The notes under the pieces are model-generated. The model was given only the letters and a program-made list of their open reading frames with translations. It searched no databases and was not told where the DNA came from. Positions 27,431 through 50,052 of a DNA stretch of 64,000 nt are shown piece after piece (position 1 is the stretch's first letter; each line of letters opens with the position of its first letter). Source of the stretch: Octopus sinensis (taxonomy: Eukaryota). A program made the position numbers and the translations under genes. The DNA lies in NCBI RefSeq assembly GCF_006345805.1, contig NW_021832836.1, positions 17,974 to 81,973 of the forward strand, read 5' to 3'.

Positions 27431-28029
27431 CAATATTGATGTGTAGCTTACAACAAGTTTGGCAAAAGAAACTGATACAATACAACAATACATCAGCAGG
27501 CTTTAAAAAAACAAAAAGATAAGTCCTGGGCTTGATTCATTCAATTAAAAAGTTCTTCAAGGAGGTGCCCCAGCAAATGATAAAAAATAGATATAAAATG
27601 ATATTACAAGCTTAATGATGACTTATATTCAAATTAGTCATGAAGAACCAAAAATAAGACTGAAATATCCCACTGAAAAATTCAAAGATGTAAATGTAAC
27701 AAAATTTAGAACCTAGAGGAGAATTTCAATTTGTCTTGTATTAAATGTAATTCCTTCAAAGTCACATGTTTCTTGTACTGAATGCAAATGGTCAAGAATT
27801 AAAAGAGTTTGAAAGAATAACAACTGATGGTAAGAAATCAATTGAGAGGAAAAAATTTGAGAGCAGAAACAGAAAAGAGAAAAAAAGGGTAAATAATGGC
27901 AGTAAAAAGGCTGTGGAATTAATAGAAGAGCTGTGAAAATAGAAGTCCCAGAGTAAATAAAGAAGAAGAGGCCAAATTGTTTACAATTTAAAATTAAACT
28001 AAAAAAAATGGGTCCTAAATTTCAAGTTG

Positions 28030-28490
28030 TTAAAGATTAATATGACTCTTTTACTTGTTTCAGTCATTTGACTGTGGCCATGCTGGAGCACTGCCTTTAG
28101 TCAAGCAAATCGACCCCAGGACTTATTCTTTGTAAGCCTATTCTATCAGTCTGTTTTTGCCAAACCGCTAAGTTACGGGGATGTAAATATACCAGCATCG
28201 GTTAAGTGATGTTGGTGGGGACAAACAGACACACAAACATATACACACACATACATATATACACACATACATACATATACTTATACATACATATATATAC
28301 ACACACACACATATATATATATATATACATATACACACACACATATATACGATGGGCTTCTTTCAGTTTCCATCTACCAAATCCACTCACAAGGCTTTAG
28401 TAGAAGACACTCGCCCAAGGTGCCACGCAGTGAGACTGAACCTAGAACCATGTGGTTCGTAAGCAAGCTAGTTAGCACACAGCCACTCCT
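28030..28490 (-). mobile_element. tRNA-derived SINE (family A here) with internal CA/TA microsatellite
   Basis: Reverse complement of ggctgtgtg...aaccacatggttc...agtc(c/t)cactgcgtggcaccttgggc...gtgagtggatttggtaga...gctccagcatggccacagtcaaatgactgaaacaagtaa. At least six other copies are in the window. Confidence 0.8.
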
Positions 28491-29366
28491 ACACAACCAA
28501 CACATGAGAGTAAATGAAAAAATAGAAAGAGGATTCTGTGACATGACTGAGCATTTGAGGGTAGCAATATATTAAATCAATAAAGAAATTAAGCCACCCC
28601 TTTAATATACAGCAAGACCAGTCAGAAATCACTTTGGTAGAAGTTAAATAAGTAATTAGGAAAGTAAAATGTGATAAATTACTTGGAGCAGATAACATAA
28701 GCACAGAATTGTTAATGGAAGGAGGTGAATATGTGAGAGAGAGAGACTGTTTGTAAAATATATAAAAGTGTTTTACTAACTGGACTGTGGCCAAGTAACT
28801 GGCCAGAACCAATTGTTATGTCCCGGCTGGGAAACGGTTACACCAAAAAGTGTAAAAACAACCATGTAGTTTGTTTAATTAGGTTTTTAAGCTGTGATTT
28901 ACTTTGAATAAAACCAACATTAAAAATGGCAGAGAAATATAGGCTGGGTTCCAAGACGGGAGAAACATGGGAGTTGATTTGTAACATGGAATGAAGCAGA
29001 AAAATGGGATATTTTCCAGAATTTCAGAGATTTAAAAAGAAAACCTTTTGAGTGTAGCAGTAAAGGTTAGAAAATCGTTATTTAATGAACAGCTAAAATA
29101 ACTGGTTTAAAACAACGATTGGTGTCAGACAAGGGTGGATTGTTTCACCAAGCTTTTTCATTCTATTTCTAGATCACATATTATTTCCACCTCTCAATTT
29201 CTCTGTCACACTCTAACCTTTCATCATTTGGCACTGGATCACCTCCTCTAACAGCAAGACACCTGTTTCTGTTTCTTTGCCACACTAACTTTCATCCTCT
29301 GACACAAACGCCTTGCACCTCTAATAATTCCTTGTCTTGCGAGTCTCTTGGTTACCCTACCAGTTC

Positions 29367-29650
29367 TGGTACCATGTTAAAAGCATCCAGGCCTCACTGT
29401 AATGTGGTTGGTGTCTGGAAGGGCATCCATCTGTAAAAATCATGCCAAAACTAACCATGCCTGTGTTAGTGCCATGTAAAAAGCAGCGGGTCCACTCTGG
29501 AGAGTGGTTGGAGTTAGGAGAGGCATTCATCTGTAAAATCCCTGCCAAAACAGACACCGTAGCCTAAGGTAGATTTTCTACCTGGCCGGTTCCTGTCAAC
29601 TGTCCTACCCATGCATGCATGGAAGATGGACGTTAACCGATGATAATGAT
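29367..29650 (+). mobile_element. Degenerate RTE-like 3' end
   Basis: gtggttggtgtctggaagggcatccatctgtaaaa occurs in two versions, ending gacgttaaccgatgataatgat. Confidence 0.6.
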
Positions 29651-29904
29651 ACTAACAGAAGTTCCTGAATGTTTTGTGGGAAAATGCTAGAAGAGACATA
29701 GAGGAATTGGTTTCATTGATCCAAAATTATTGTTTTAATAATAATTTTAGCTTAATAAAACAAAACCTAGAATTTAGGAATCCAAGAAGATATGGAATGG
29801 TAATAAGTGCTGAAAAGCAAAAGAAGGATGTCCCTCACCCATCCAACCAACTCCAGGAGTAAACTGAGACAAGGAGAGATCTGTGCCCTGCATAAAATAC
29901 AAAT

Positions 29905-30260
29905 TGATTGATTGATTGGACTCTTTCCATGTGACTAAAATTGCTGGACTAAGCCCACCTAGTCCACACTCTAAGTGTACCTTGTAATCTTAATTTCACT
30001 AAGGTCACTACCAGAATCTGAGAGTGTACAGAAATAAACTGGACATTGGAGAATATGTCCAGATTCTATGTGGACAGTGTACAATGTGTCCAGATAGGAA
30101 GCTGTATGCTTAACTAGGGTGTTTGAATGTGTCATACAGTTCTTGTTTGAGAGCGGGAAGGGCACTTCTTAAAAGACTTGTGGGTCACATCTTGTTTGAC
30201 TGACCATCTGCATGTCTTGAGGGTTTGATTGAGGCTGACCTGGAACATCTCAACATCTCA
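29905..30260 (-). mobile_element. Degenerate LINE 3' fragment
   Basis: Minus-strand translation contains HILQCPVY, resembling the C-terminal H-I-L-x-x-C-P zinc-knuckle remnant of LINE ORF2, followed by an (AATC)n tail. Confidence 0.35.
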
Positions 30261-30400
30261 GCCATGTAAATCAGTCAGAATTTCGAACAGTAAAAAATAG
30301 ACACATTTGCGATAATTCTTTCTGATTTTGGTACAAGGACAGCGATTTTTTTGAAGGAAGGGGTCAATTACACTGACCTTAGTATATGACTGGTATTTAA

Positions 30401-31061
30401 TTGAGATCTTTGGTGATTTGCTGTGCTTGAGATGACGTCGAGCTTAATGAAATCATAGTTGTGGCCATGCTGCTGACACATAAAGAGCACCTATGCTGGC
30501 AACATGTATAGGGCACCCGTGCTGCTGACGTGTAAAGGGTACTTGTGCTGCCAACATGTAAAGGGGGCAACTGTGCCACTGACAAGTAAATGGAACCTGT
30601 ACCACTGACACGTACAAGGTACTTGTGTTGTCAACACATAAGGGGCACCTGTGCCGCCGACACGTACAGGGCACCCGTTCCGCTAGCACATAAAGAGCAC
30701 TTGTGTCGCCGGCACATAAAGAGCACTTGTAGCGCCGGCACATAAAGGGCACTTGTACTGCCGGCATGTAAAGGGCACCTATGCGCCGGCACGTAAAGGG
30801 CACCTGTGCCGCCGGCACGTAAAGGGCACCTGTGCTGCTGACATGTAAAGGGCACTTGTGCCGCCGACACGTAAAGAGCACTTGTGCCGCTGACACGTAA
30901 AAGGGCATCCAGTACACTGTAAATTGGCTGGTTAGGAAGGGCAACCAGCCAATAGAAATCAGGCCAAAACAGACTGGAGCCTGCTACAGCTCTCCAGCTT
31001 ACCAGTCCCAGTCAAACCGTGTGACTCATGCTAGCATGGAAAACAGAAGCTAAATGATGAT
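30401..31061 (+). mobile_element. 5'-truncated RTE-like LINE: ORF C-terminus remnant, ~35-bp tandem modules, (GAT) tail
   Basis: tga gat ctt tgg tga ttt gct gtg ctt gag reads (R)DLW(R)FAVLE if both TGA were CGA. About a dozen repeats of gcacgtaaagggcacctgtgccgcc-type modules follow, then the shared terminal block. Confidence 0.65.
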
Positions 31062-31562
31062 ATTGACCTTGGAAGAAATGAAAAGCAAAACAGACCTCGC
31101 CAGAATTTGAACACAAAACAGCATAAATCGGAAAGGAATGCAGCAAAGTATTTAGTCCAACATGCTAATGACTGGGCCAGCTTGCTGCCTGACAAACATT
31201 TATAATAATGAAAAAAAAAGTCCAAAATCTTTTTAGAATTATTTTTATTTATAATAAGTTGAAATTAAATATTTTTCTTTCATAAAATTAAAAATAAAAA
31301 AGATTTCTCAAAAAAGTGAACAACAAACATGACTCCACTTGGTTTGAACTTCTGGCCACACACTCGTCCTGCACATTTTTATAATTACTGTTATCAAGGA
31401 TATCCTTCATTCGCACATACACATATAAGGCACCTGTTTTAATTGTATGGCTTTTTTAAGTTGCTGAATGAGAATAATAATAGAATAATGTAGAAAAGTT
31501 CATTGTACAGAAAGGAAAAAAAGTTTGTTTTATATTACAATATTTGTAGCCACCCAACTCCT

Positions 31563-41655
<10,093 letters not shown>

Positions 41656-41656
<1 letters not shown>

Positions 41657-41839
41657 GACAATTATTCGGTAGCCACGATAAAACTCTGAGTTTTGGATGT
41701 CGGGATGGAAATCCACACCGCCATCTCTTTAGTTATCTGGCTATCAGAAAAATGCATTTTTCCGATGGCTGGATAGCTCAAGATTTGGCAGCATGGATTT
41801 CCACCTCGGAGTTTTATCATGGCTACCAAATAATTGTCA
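41656..41839. mobile_element. Palindromic MITE-like element, copy 1
   Basis: 35-bp terminal IR tgacaattattcggtagccacgataaaactctgag / ctcggagttttatcatggctaccaaataattgtca (3 mismatches). Symmetry continues inward to the centre aaaaatgcattttt. Confidence 0.75.
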
Positions 41840-41981
41840 CATATTACATTTACAGATATATATATAGATAGATACATACATGCCCACACACATATGTATG
41901 TATGTATATATATATACACAATCACACACACACACATATATATATATTATATATATGCATATATATATTATATATATATGC

Positions 41982-42012
<31 letters not shown>

Positions 42013-42069
42013 GCATATAATATATATATATATATATGCATATATATATTATATATATATATATATATA

Positions 42070-42253
42070 TGACAATTATTCGGTAGCCACGATAAAACTC
42101 TGAGTTTTGGATGTCGGGATGGAAATCCACACCGCCATCTCTTTAGTTATCTGGCTATCAGAAAAATGCATTTTTCCGATGGCTGGATAGCTCAAGATTT
42201 GGCAGCATGGATTTCCACCTCGGAGTTTTATCATGGCTACCAAATAATTGTCA
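42070..42253. mobile_element. Palindromic MITE-like element, copy 2 (414-bp tandem duplication)
   Basis: Appears identical to copy 1, including ~100 bp of right flank. Confidence 0.75.
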
Positions 42254-44339
42254 CATATTACATTTACAGATATATATATAGATAGATACATACATGCCCA
42301 CACACATATGTATGTATGTATATATATATACACAATCACACACACACACATATATATATATATATACATATATATACATGTATGTATATATGGTAGATGG
42401 ATGGCTGAGGATGTAGAGCATTGAACAAACATACCTAGTGGTATGTGGTATTTTGTTTACAATCCTTTGTTTTAAGGTGAAATCCTACCTGGTTCATTCT
42501 TCCAAGGCAGCAGTAAGTAGCAAGGGAGTGGGGCATTAACATAACCCAGTATATTACTGGTGGTGGCGTTCATGCCCCCCTCCCCAAATAATGGTCACAT
42601 TCCAATGACTAAAACAGTAACTAATCGGTTGACTATATTCTCTTTCTGTGTGTTTGTTCTCCGACACATCAAAAGGTATTTACCATCTATTTCCGCACCC
42701 TTGCTATCCCTGTACTACTTGGAAATACCGAGAGGTCTTTCAATTAGAACTGTCTGTGTATTTTATCAACATCAACATCTATTTTGTTCAATTAATCCTT
42801 TTAAATACAATTTGCTTCAAGTAATTAACTACAAAATAGAATATTTATCACCCTTAGCAAGTCCTCTCCCACCTCTCTCTCTTATATATATATATATATA
42901 TATAAAAAATGTGTTTCGTCATTAGACTGTGGCCAGGCTGGGGCACACACACATGTGTGTGATGGGCTTCTTTCCGTTTCCATCTGCCAAATCCACTCAC
43001 AAGTCTTTGGTCAGAATAAAGCTATAGTAGAAGACACTTGCTCAGAATGCCTCATAGTGGGACTGAACTTGGAGCCATGTGGTTGGGAAGCAAGCTTCTT
43101 ACCACACTGCAATATGTATGTCGTTATGTTGAGTTGTAATAAAACAGCTTAACATTAAAATGGAGAATTACTCAGGACATTTTATGGACCACATATATAT
43201 AATTAGTTTTATAAGAAGAGAGGCTGAAGTTTTGGTCTGCTAGCTCTTGTTGGATTCACAGGTCAGCAAACTTAAACATCAAAGACACTGTCACTCCCTT
43301 TTAAATTTTATAAATACCTGTCTGTACCTATAGATTGACATGGTTTATTATTATCACAATCATCATCATTATTGAGTGAGAGAGCAGTGCATCAAAGTGA
43401 CACTGGGGTACAAATATACAAAGTCCAATATACTCATCGTGACTGCTCGTCTGATAAGAGTACACCATGCTCTTGTATCACAACCACATGAGTGCAACAT
43501 GGTGATCTCATATCAGGATAAACAGCGCTTGACTCTGCAGGTGAGGGCCCAGTTAGAATTTTCTTTAGGTCAAGTAGCCCATCCCACTCAAAAGGAATCT
43601 GAAGAAGGGTTGTTTAAGGATGCTGAATAAAACACCCATATTTCCAGAGGTGAATTATCCAAACCCCCAAAAATTCCTCTCGACACATGGCTATGATGTC
43701 CCACCACTGTTTCCACTCATGATGAGAGATGCACATATCATCAGCCACCAAGGGACATGCTCAACTGGTTATGGTCAAACAAATCTGTGGTAGTGAGCAG
43801 AATATTTGCTGTAGCCCATCTTTTATACCCAGACAAAACAATGTACATGATAACACTTCCAATCAGTTAAGATCAGAAACCATGAGAGCCACTGCCTGGT
43901 ACCACATCAGTATTATTATCATTATTATTATTATTTAGCCCTTTTGGAAGAATTTACGACAAAAAAAAAATAAATAAAATAAATAACTTGGATTTCAACT
44001 TAGAAAATATAGGAAAGTAACTAAATACCACAATTTTCATTGTCTGTTGCTCTACTGGTTCTGCTTTCCACCACTTTGATGACTAGCATCATCAATCTTA
44101 CAAGTCTTATTTTTCCTTGGTTCCAAATGTTGTTGTGCTCTCTCACTTGCAATGGCTTCAGATTCTAGCAGTGAGAGAGAGAGAGAGAAAAAAAACCCCC
44201 ATCTCCAAAACCAAACTTCTGTCTTCTTTACAAGTCCTAGCTGTATACATACATGCATGCATACTATATTTTTCTGTATCTGTATAGTATGTAATGTATA
44301 CACATACTTCTGTGTGTATATATGGCATTCCACTGGTTG

Positions 44340-44645
44340 CAACGATGAGGGTTCCAGTTGTTCCAACCAATAGAACAGCCTGCTCTTGAGATTAATGTGC
44401 AAGTGGCTGAGCGCTCCACAGACAAACGTACCCTTAATGTAGTTCACAGGGAGATTCAGTAAGACATAGAATGTGACAAGGCCTCCCTCCGCCCCTTTGA
44501 ATTATAGGTACTACTTATTTCGGTCAGCTGAGTGGAGTGGTGCAATGGGAAATAAAGTGTCTTGCTCAAGGACACAATGTGCTGCCGGGAATCGAACTCA
44601 CAACCTTATGATTGAGAGCCGAATACCCTAAACACTAAGCCACGC
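44340..44645 (-). mobile_element. tRNA-derived SINE (family C here)
   Basis: Minus strand: tggcttagtgtttag (A box-like), gttcgattccc (B box), then tgtgtccttgagcaagacacttt. Confidence 0.75.
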
Positions 44646-44874
44646 ATACACACACGCACACACACAAACATATACAAATACATATATAAATACATACATT
44701 ATATATACACATACATAAACATGCAATAAATGAAACCAAAGACCTAGTCTTCAGCAAGAAGACAAAACTAACAATAAATAATATATAATTCTTGCTGGTA
44801 ATGGAGTGACTGCAAGCAAGGCATTTGGGCCTCCACACCACATAGATCAATAGATTGATCTAAGGCATACATAA

Positions 44875-44909
<35 letters not shown>

Positions 44910-45226
44910 AGTGTTGATAGGGTTGCTGGTCGTTTTTAATCAACTGGACAACTTCACTTGTTAAGATAATAACTAAGTGGCTGAGTACTCCAGAGACGCA
45001 TACTTTTGATGTTAGCTCAGGCTGAACTAGCATGGACAAGGCTGGACCTGATATATTACTGGTACAATCCGTCTGAAACACATGCTAAATAATAGTTTAA
45101 AGAGAAGGAACCAGTAAATGTGTGTCTATATGCACGTGTACATTTGTGTCTGAGTGTGCATGTACATATTTATGTATACACATGTGTGTGTATGTGTTTG
45201 CATATATATAAGTGTGTGTGAGTGTG

Positions 45227-45292
<66 letters not shown>

Positions 45293-46387
45293 ATATAAAT
45301 ATACACACACACATAAAATTGAAGTGTACAGTATCACATATTCATTGTGGTTGATCTTACCAATCAGTCTCGTACTAAGGTCTCTAAGGGTTGTTAGATA
45401 ACAGCCTGTTTATGTAACCATGCGCTCTTCAGTGAGGGCATTTATGGAAGTATATAAGAAGAGCACTAGGTTACATAATTGGTCTTTCATCTAACACAGC
45501 ATGGTAAGATTAGTGGTAATGGATATATAATATTGTACATGTTTGATTAATATATCCACTCTATTGACAAATACACAAGCGCATATTATTTTTTTGGTTC
45601 ATTGATTACACACACATGCACACATATGACAGCCATGTGCTTGGAACTCAGAATACCAAGGATTTTGAATAAAACTGTTTTGATCTATACACGTAACTCC
45701 TAACAAATGTGTTGAGTACCTTCTTTCATTTGTCTACTCACTCGTGTGTGTTTGTGTATATATATATATGTGTGTGTGTGTGTGTGAATGAATGAATGTG
45801 TTAAGAAGGAAAATCGTACTCAATATCCATAGTAGAGTTTGTATATTTTATTACAGGCTAAGGCTCCTTGAATCAGGGTGGAATGTAGGTGGGATGGGAC
45901 CTGAAATGTTAGGGTTTTGAAGTGTCGGGCTGGAGATCTACATGGAGATCAAGTGCGTGTGTGTGTATGTATGCACGCATGATGTGTGTGTGTGTGTTGA
46001 ATGACAGAGCAAAGTGTAATTTTTGTTTTCTTCTCGACTCCTTATTTTAAACCAAACAGAGGTTGGTTACCCTAAAGGAGCAGATATAGTAGTAGTAGTA
46101 GTAAAAAGAAGTGATTGTCAGATGATGGGTCATCTTTTCCTTCTTCCTCCTCCTACTACTACTACGTTCACAATATGAAAGAGCACCGTTAAGATTGATG
46201 ATTGTGATGATGATGATGGTGGTGGTGGTGGAGTGCAGACAATAAGAAAATAGTTGTAGAGATGATTCCAGCAAGAACTGAAGACAGACACAGAGTTTTG
46301 AAAATTTAAGAAAAGGCCAAAAAAAAAAAGTGGGGGGGGGGTGATAGGGCATACAAGAACAGTCGGACAAAGCGGAAGGCTCTGACA

Positions 46388-46447
46388 TTAAATCCTTTCA
46401 TAGGCGGACGGACCTCGGCAACATCGGAAAGTGTAGGAACAGCCATC
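46388..46447 (-). CDS. M6PR-like: CD-MPR/ATG27-like receptor, last coding exon (DGCSYTFRCCRGPSAYERI*)
   Basis: A long polypyrimidine tract ends ttattccag|GATGGC. Phase 0 matches the upstream exon. DGC matches the CD-MPR tail DGCDFVC. Stop TAA at 46388-46390. Confidence 0.9.
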   Translation of the reverse strand, partial: DGCSYTFRCCRGPSAYERI

Positions 46448-47548
46448 CTGGAATAAAGAAAATACAGAGAAGGAGATGAGTATTGAGAGAGAAAGAGAGA
46501 GACAGAGAAAAAGACAAAATAGAAGGGAACAAATGAGAATGGGAGAGAAAGAGAGAGAACACACACATCCAGACAGACACCCAACAACTTACGTGAGAAG
46601 TAAATTAGAAAAAAACAGTCAAATCAGAAGTAATAGATGGCGTTGGGGGGAAGGGAGGGGGTTAAACAAAGAGGCAGACGGGTGGGACAGAGGGGTGGTG
46701 TTCGTTAACCCCACCCTTGCTCCGCAACTAAATTTGGGGCAGTAAAGCTTTCTTCTATGGTTTTACCGGGTTCAGTCATTGGATTGCGGCCATGCTGGAG
46801 CACGACCTTGAAGGGTTTAAGTCAAACAGTACTTGGAAAAGTGACTTCATTTACTAATATACACTTACTAATCCTTTTCTTTTTCTTTTACTCATTTCAG
46901 ACTGTGGCAATGCTGGAGCACTGCCTTAAAGTGGTTTTGTGGAACAAAACAACCCCAGGACTTATCTTTTTTTTTTCCAAGCCTAGTACTTATTCTATCA
47001 GTCTCTTGCCAAACTGCTAATTTATGGGGATGCAAACACACCAACACTGGTTGTCAAGTGATGATGAGGCGACAAATACAGACATGCATGCACACACATA
47101 GATATATACAAATTATTTATATAAATATATATATTTGAAAGAATGAGTGAAGATGGCTTTTTTGAGAGGATAATTTTTATTTTCATCTAACACTATTACT
47201 AAGATTAAAATAAAAATTATCCCATCTCTACTCATTCATTGAAATGTATAATACTATTCCAAGAGCTTTCTCTTTATTATTCTATGATTATATATATATA
47301 TATATATAATCATTAAAATGATTATATCAGTGGCTAGCATATAAAAAATGACCATATCGGTAAAATTAATATATACATGTATACAATGCATTTCTTTCAG
47401 TCTCACAAGGCTTTAAAAAAACAGAATACATGTTGGAAGTTGATTCGTTCAGCTAAACCTGTCAAAGCAGTGCTCCAGCAAGGCCAGTCTGATGATTAAA
47501 ACAAGTCAAAGCTAAAAAGGGATAAAATACAAGAATATTGTTACTTAC

Positions 47549-47675
47549 CTTAACCAAAAGTGGGAAATCACTCCAAAATGTGTAGTGAGGGATAATCTCG
47601 ACACCTTGAGCCCCGAGATAAAAATGCTTGAATGCAAATCCAGCAAGCAGATAGATTATGAAGGCAAGAAGGAAA
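47549..47675 (-). CDS. M6PR-like: CD-MPR/ATG27-like receptor, transmembrane and juxtamembrane exon
   Basis: Acceptor tttcag|, donor |gtaagt, 127 nt. Encodes (L)FLLAFIIYLLAGFAFKHFYLGAQGVEIIPHYTFWSDFPLLVK, comparable to human M6PR [42 protein letters not shown] (recalled). Confidence 0.93.
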
Positions 47676-48354
47676 CTGAAACAGTAGAAAAAAAAACCAA
47701 AAATAAAAAAACCTTAACTTCAGTTGCTTTCATACAAATCCAGCCCAGCATCTATGAAAAACTATTTTAACCCTTTCGTTACCAACCTGGCTGAAACTGG
47801 CTCTGGCTCTGTAGTACAAATGTCTTGCTTTCATAAGTTCTAAATTAAAATCTTCCACCAAACCTTAGTCACAATTTAAGTTCTTAACACTAGCTTCATG
47901 ATAACTAATTTATTTTACTAACTTCTTTGTTATATTTAAAGTAATTGAAAGAAACACAGAGTATCTCAAAATAAAGGTTTTCCATAAGCAACCTTGCCCG
48001 GACTTGTGCCATGGAGGGTAACTTTCTAGGTGCAATCCCATGGTCATTCTTGACTGAAGGGGGTCACCCTATATGTAAATTTATATCACTGACTCCTCAG
48101 TATATCATGGTTTCTGCAGCCAATAGGTATTTATATTTGCTAATTATTTCTGTGGTGAAATAAATACTTTCATGTCTAAAAATTATAAAAATACAGTAGA
48201 GTACTGGAATGTATAACACATTAATTATAATATATTAAAAGAAAATATATAGTGTACCGTAGATGAGTAAACAAAGAATCACATATACTCAAGGGAAAAC
48301 TAAACTTGGGAGGCGAGTGTGTGGTGTTGTTTTGCATTTATAATAAAATAATTA

Positions 48355-48740
48355 CAGTAGAACCTTGCTGTACGAGTACCCCATTGTACGAGTAATTTGC
48401 TGTATGAGCTGAGACTTGTGTGAATTTTTGTCTTAAAGTAAGAGCAGAAATCTGCAATATGAGTAGCCGAATCATTCTATCTTTAAGGCAATTCAGTTAA
48501 TAAAACCAGTCTGCATATTTCTTTTGCATTCTCTTTTTTATAATTGCCATTTTACATGTAACTACATCTTTTCTGTTTTAAAACCCATGAAAAATTATTT
48601 TTGAGAGGTTTTGGGGGGCTGGAATGGATTAATTATATTTTAGTTAATTTCAATGGGGAAAATTGATTTGCAGAATGAGTAAATCATAAGACGAACTTGG
48701 TCATGGAACAAATTAAACTCATAGTGCAAGGTATATACAA
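48355..48740. mobile_element. Tigger/pogo-like non-autonomous DNA transposon remnant
   Basis: Starts ta|cagtagaaccttgctgtacgag, a Tigger-type TIR. The right end aaactcatagtgcaaggt is degenerate. Confidence 0.45.
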
Positions 48741-49445
48741 ATTATATATAAAAAAAAAAATATACAGTACAGTACTGTTTCTACTTTGCAAATTTTCACC
48801 TGCCGCGGGGGATTTTGGAGCGCAAAACCTGTGATAGTTGAGGGATTATTGTATACACAATATACATACCTTTGTCTTGTAGAACGTTTTGTTTAGTACA
48901 TGGGTCCATTATTAGACAGTTCCACAGTAAAACTAAGTTTTCCTCAGACGAAATTGCAAGCCACTTGCTAAACCCTGCTCTTTTCTGTAAAAACGGGCCA
49001 CTCAACATTACACTAACCCTTCCCACAATACCAGCAACAACTGCTCTTTAGGGGTGCTTTTATCAGAGTTTACTTTGTTGCAGACACTCAAAACCAGATA
49101 TATATGGCTTCTTGTCCTCCAGTCTGCTTTTCTTGAAGACATTGGCATGGAGATGTTCTGTCACTGAATGTCAGATGGGGAGCAGAGTCAGCAAAGGCCT
49201 CATGCTACTGCTTCTTATCCTTCAACACACACACACACATGTATATGTCTTTTATCTTTTGTTTCAGTTCTTAGACTGCAGACAAACTGGGGGCACTGTC
49301 TTGAAGAAATTTTGTTTTTTAGTTGAATGTATCAAGCCCAGGACTTCATTTTTTAAAGCCTGGTACTTATTCTACCAATATCATTTGCTGAATTGCTACG
49401 TTAAAAAAACATAAACACAAATACAAAGATGCATACACTATATAT

Positions 49446-49517
<72 letters not shown>

Positions 49518-49719
49518 GCACAAAAAGGGCAGACATTGTCTCACAAGAAGTTGTGTAGGCAAAAGTATTAGTAGATGTGGTTGGATTGACCTGAAAATTT
49601 GCACACTTATGTTAAAAGTGCTGGGGAGTTTTCTCAATTGAAAGGCATGGCCTCTAGGGCAAAATCCTTCATCTTTAAAATGTAGCCCAAGTAGACCCAT
49701 ATGAAATTGGGTTATGAGA

Positions 49720-50052
49720 GCCCACTTCGGTCATGACTAACCATGGGATTGCACCTAGAAAGTCACCTCCCAGACACAAGTCCGGGCAAGTTTGTTTATG
49801 GAAGACCAGCAGTCACTCATGCATACCAGCCTCCCCTCTCCACACCACTGATGTTATCCAAGGGAAAGGCAAAGGCAGATACAGCTTGGCACCTGTGACG
49901 TCGCAACTCATTTCTACAGCTGAGTGAACTGGAGCAACGTGAAACAAAGTGTCTTGCTCAAGAACACAACACGCAGCTCGGTCCGGGATTCGAACTCACA
50001 ACTTCACAATCATAAGCTCGATGCTCTAACCACTGAGCCATGCACCTTCACA
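49720..50052 (-). mobile_element. tRNA-derived SINE (family C here)
   Basis: Minus strand tggctcagtggttagagc...gttcgaatcccgg...tgtgttcttgagcaagacacttt. Confidence 0.8.

Noticed and set aside
29649-31205. Protein-like plus-strand frames (KFLNVLWENARRDIEEL at ~29650; DIDLGRNEK...DKHL* at ~31060)
   Set aside because: Both start directly after retroelement tails, have no polypyrimidine acceptor, and show no recognisable homology.
43590-43660. CTGAAGA as a third hammerhead (also at 46275 and 61015, and minus-strand CTGATGA near 43740)
   Set aside because: There is no correctly placed stem II plus GAAA plus NUH plus stem I.
45361-45490. Apparent minus-strand exon with a gtaaga donor
   Set aside because: It has stops in all three frames, and the donor is one arm of a local inverted repeat.
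49950-50052. tRNA gene
   Set aside because: A and B boxes are present, but there is no complete cloverleaf and the sequence continues into a SINE body.
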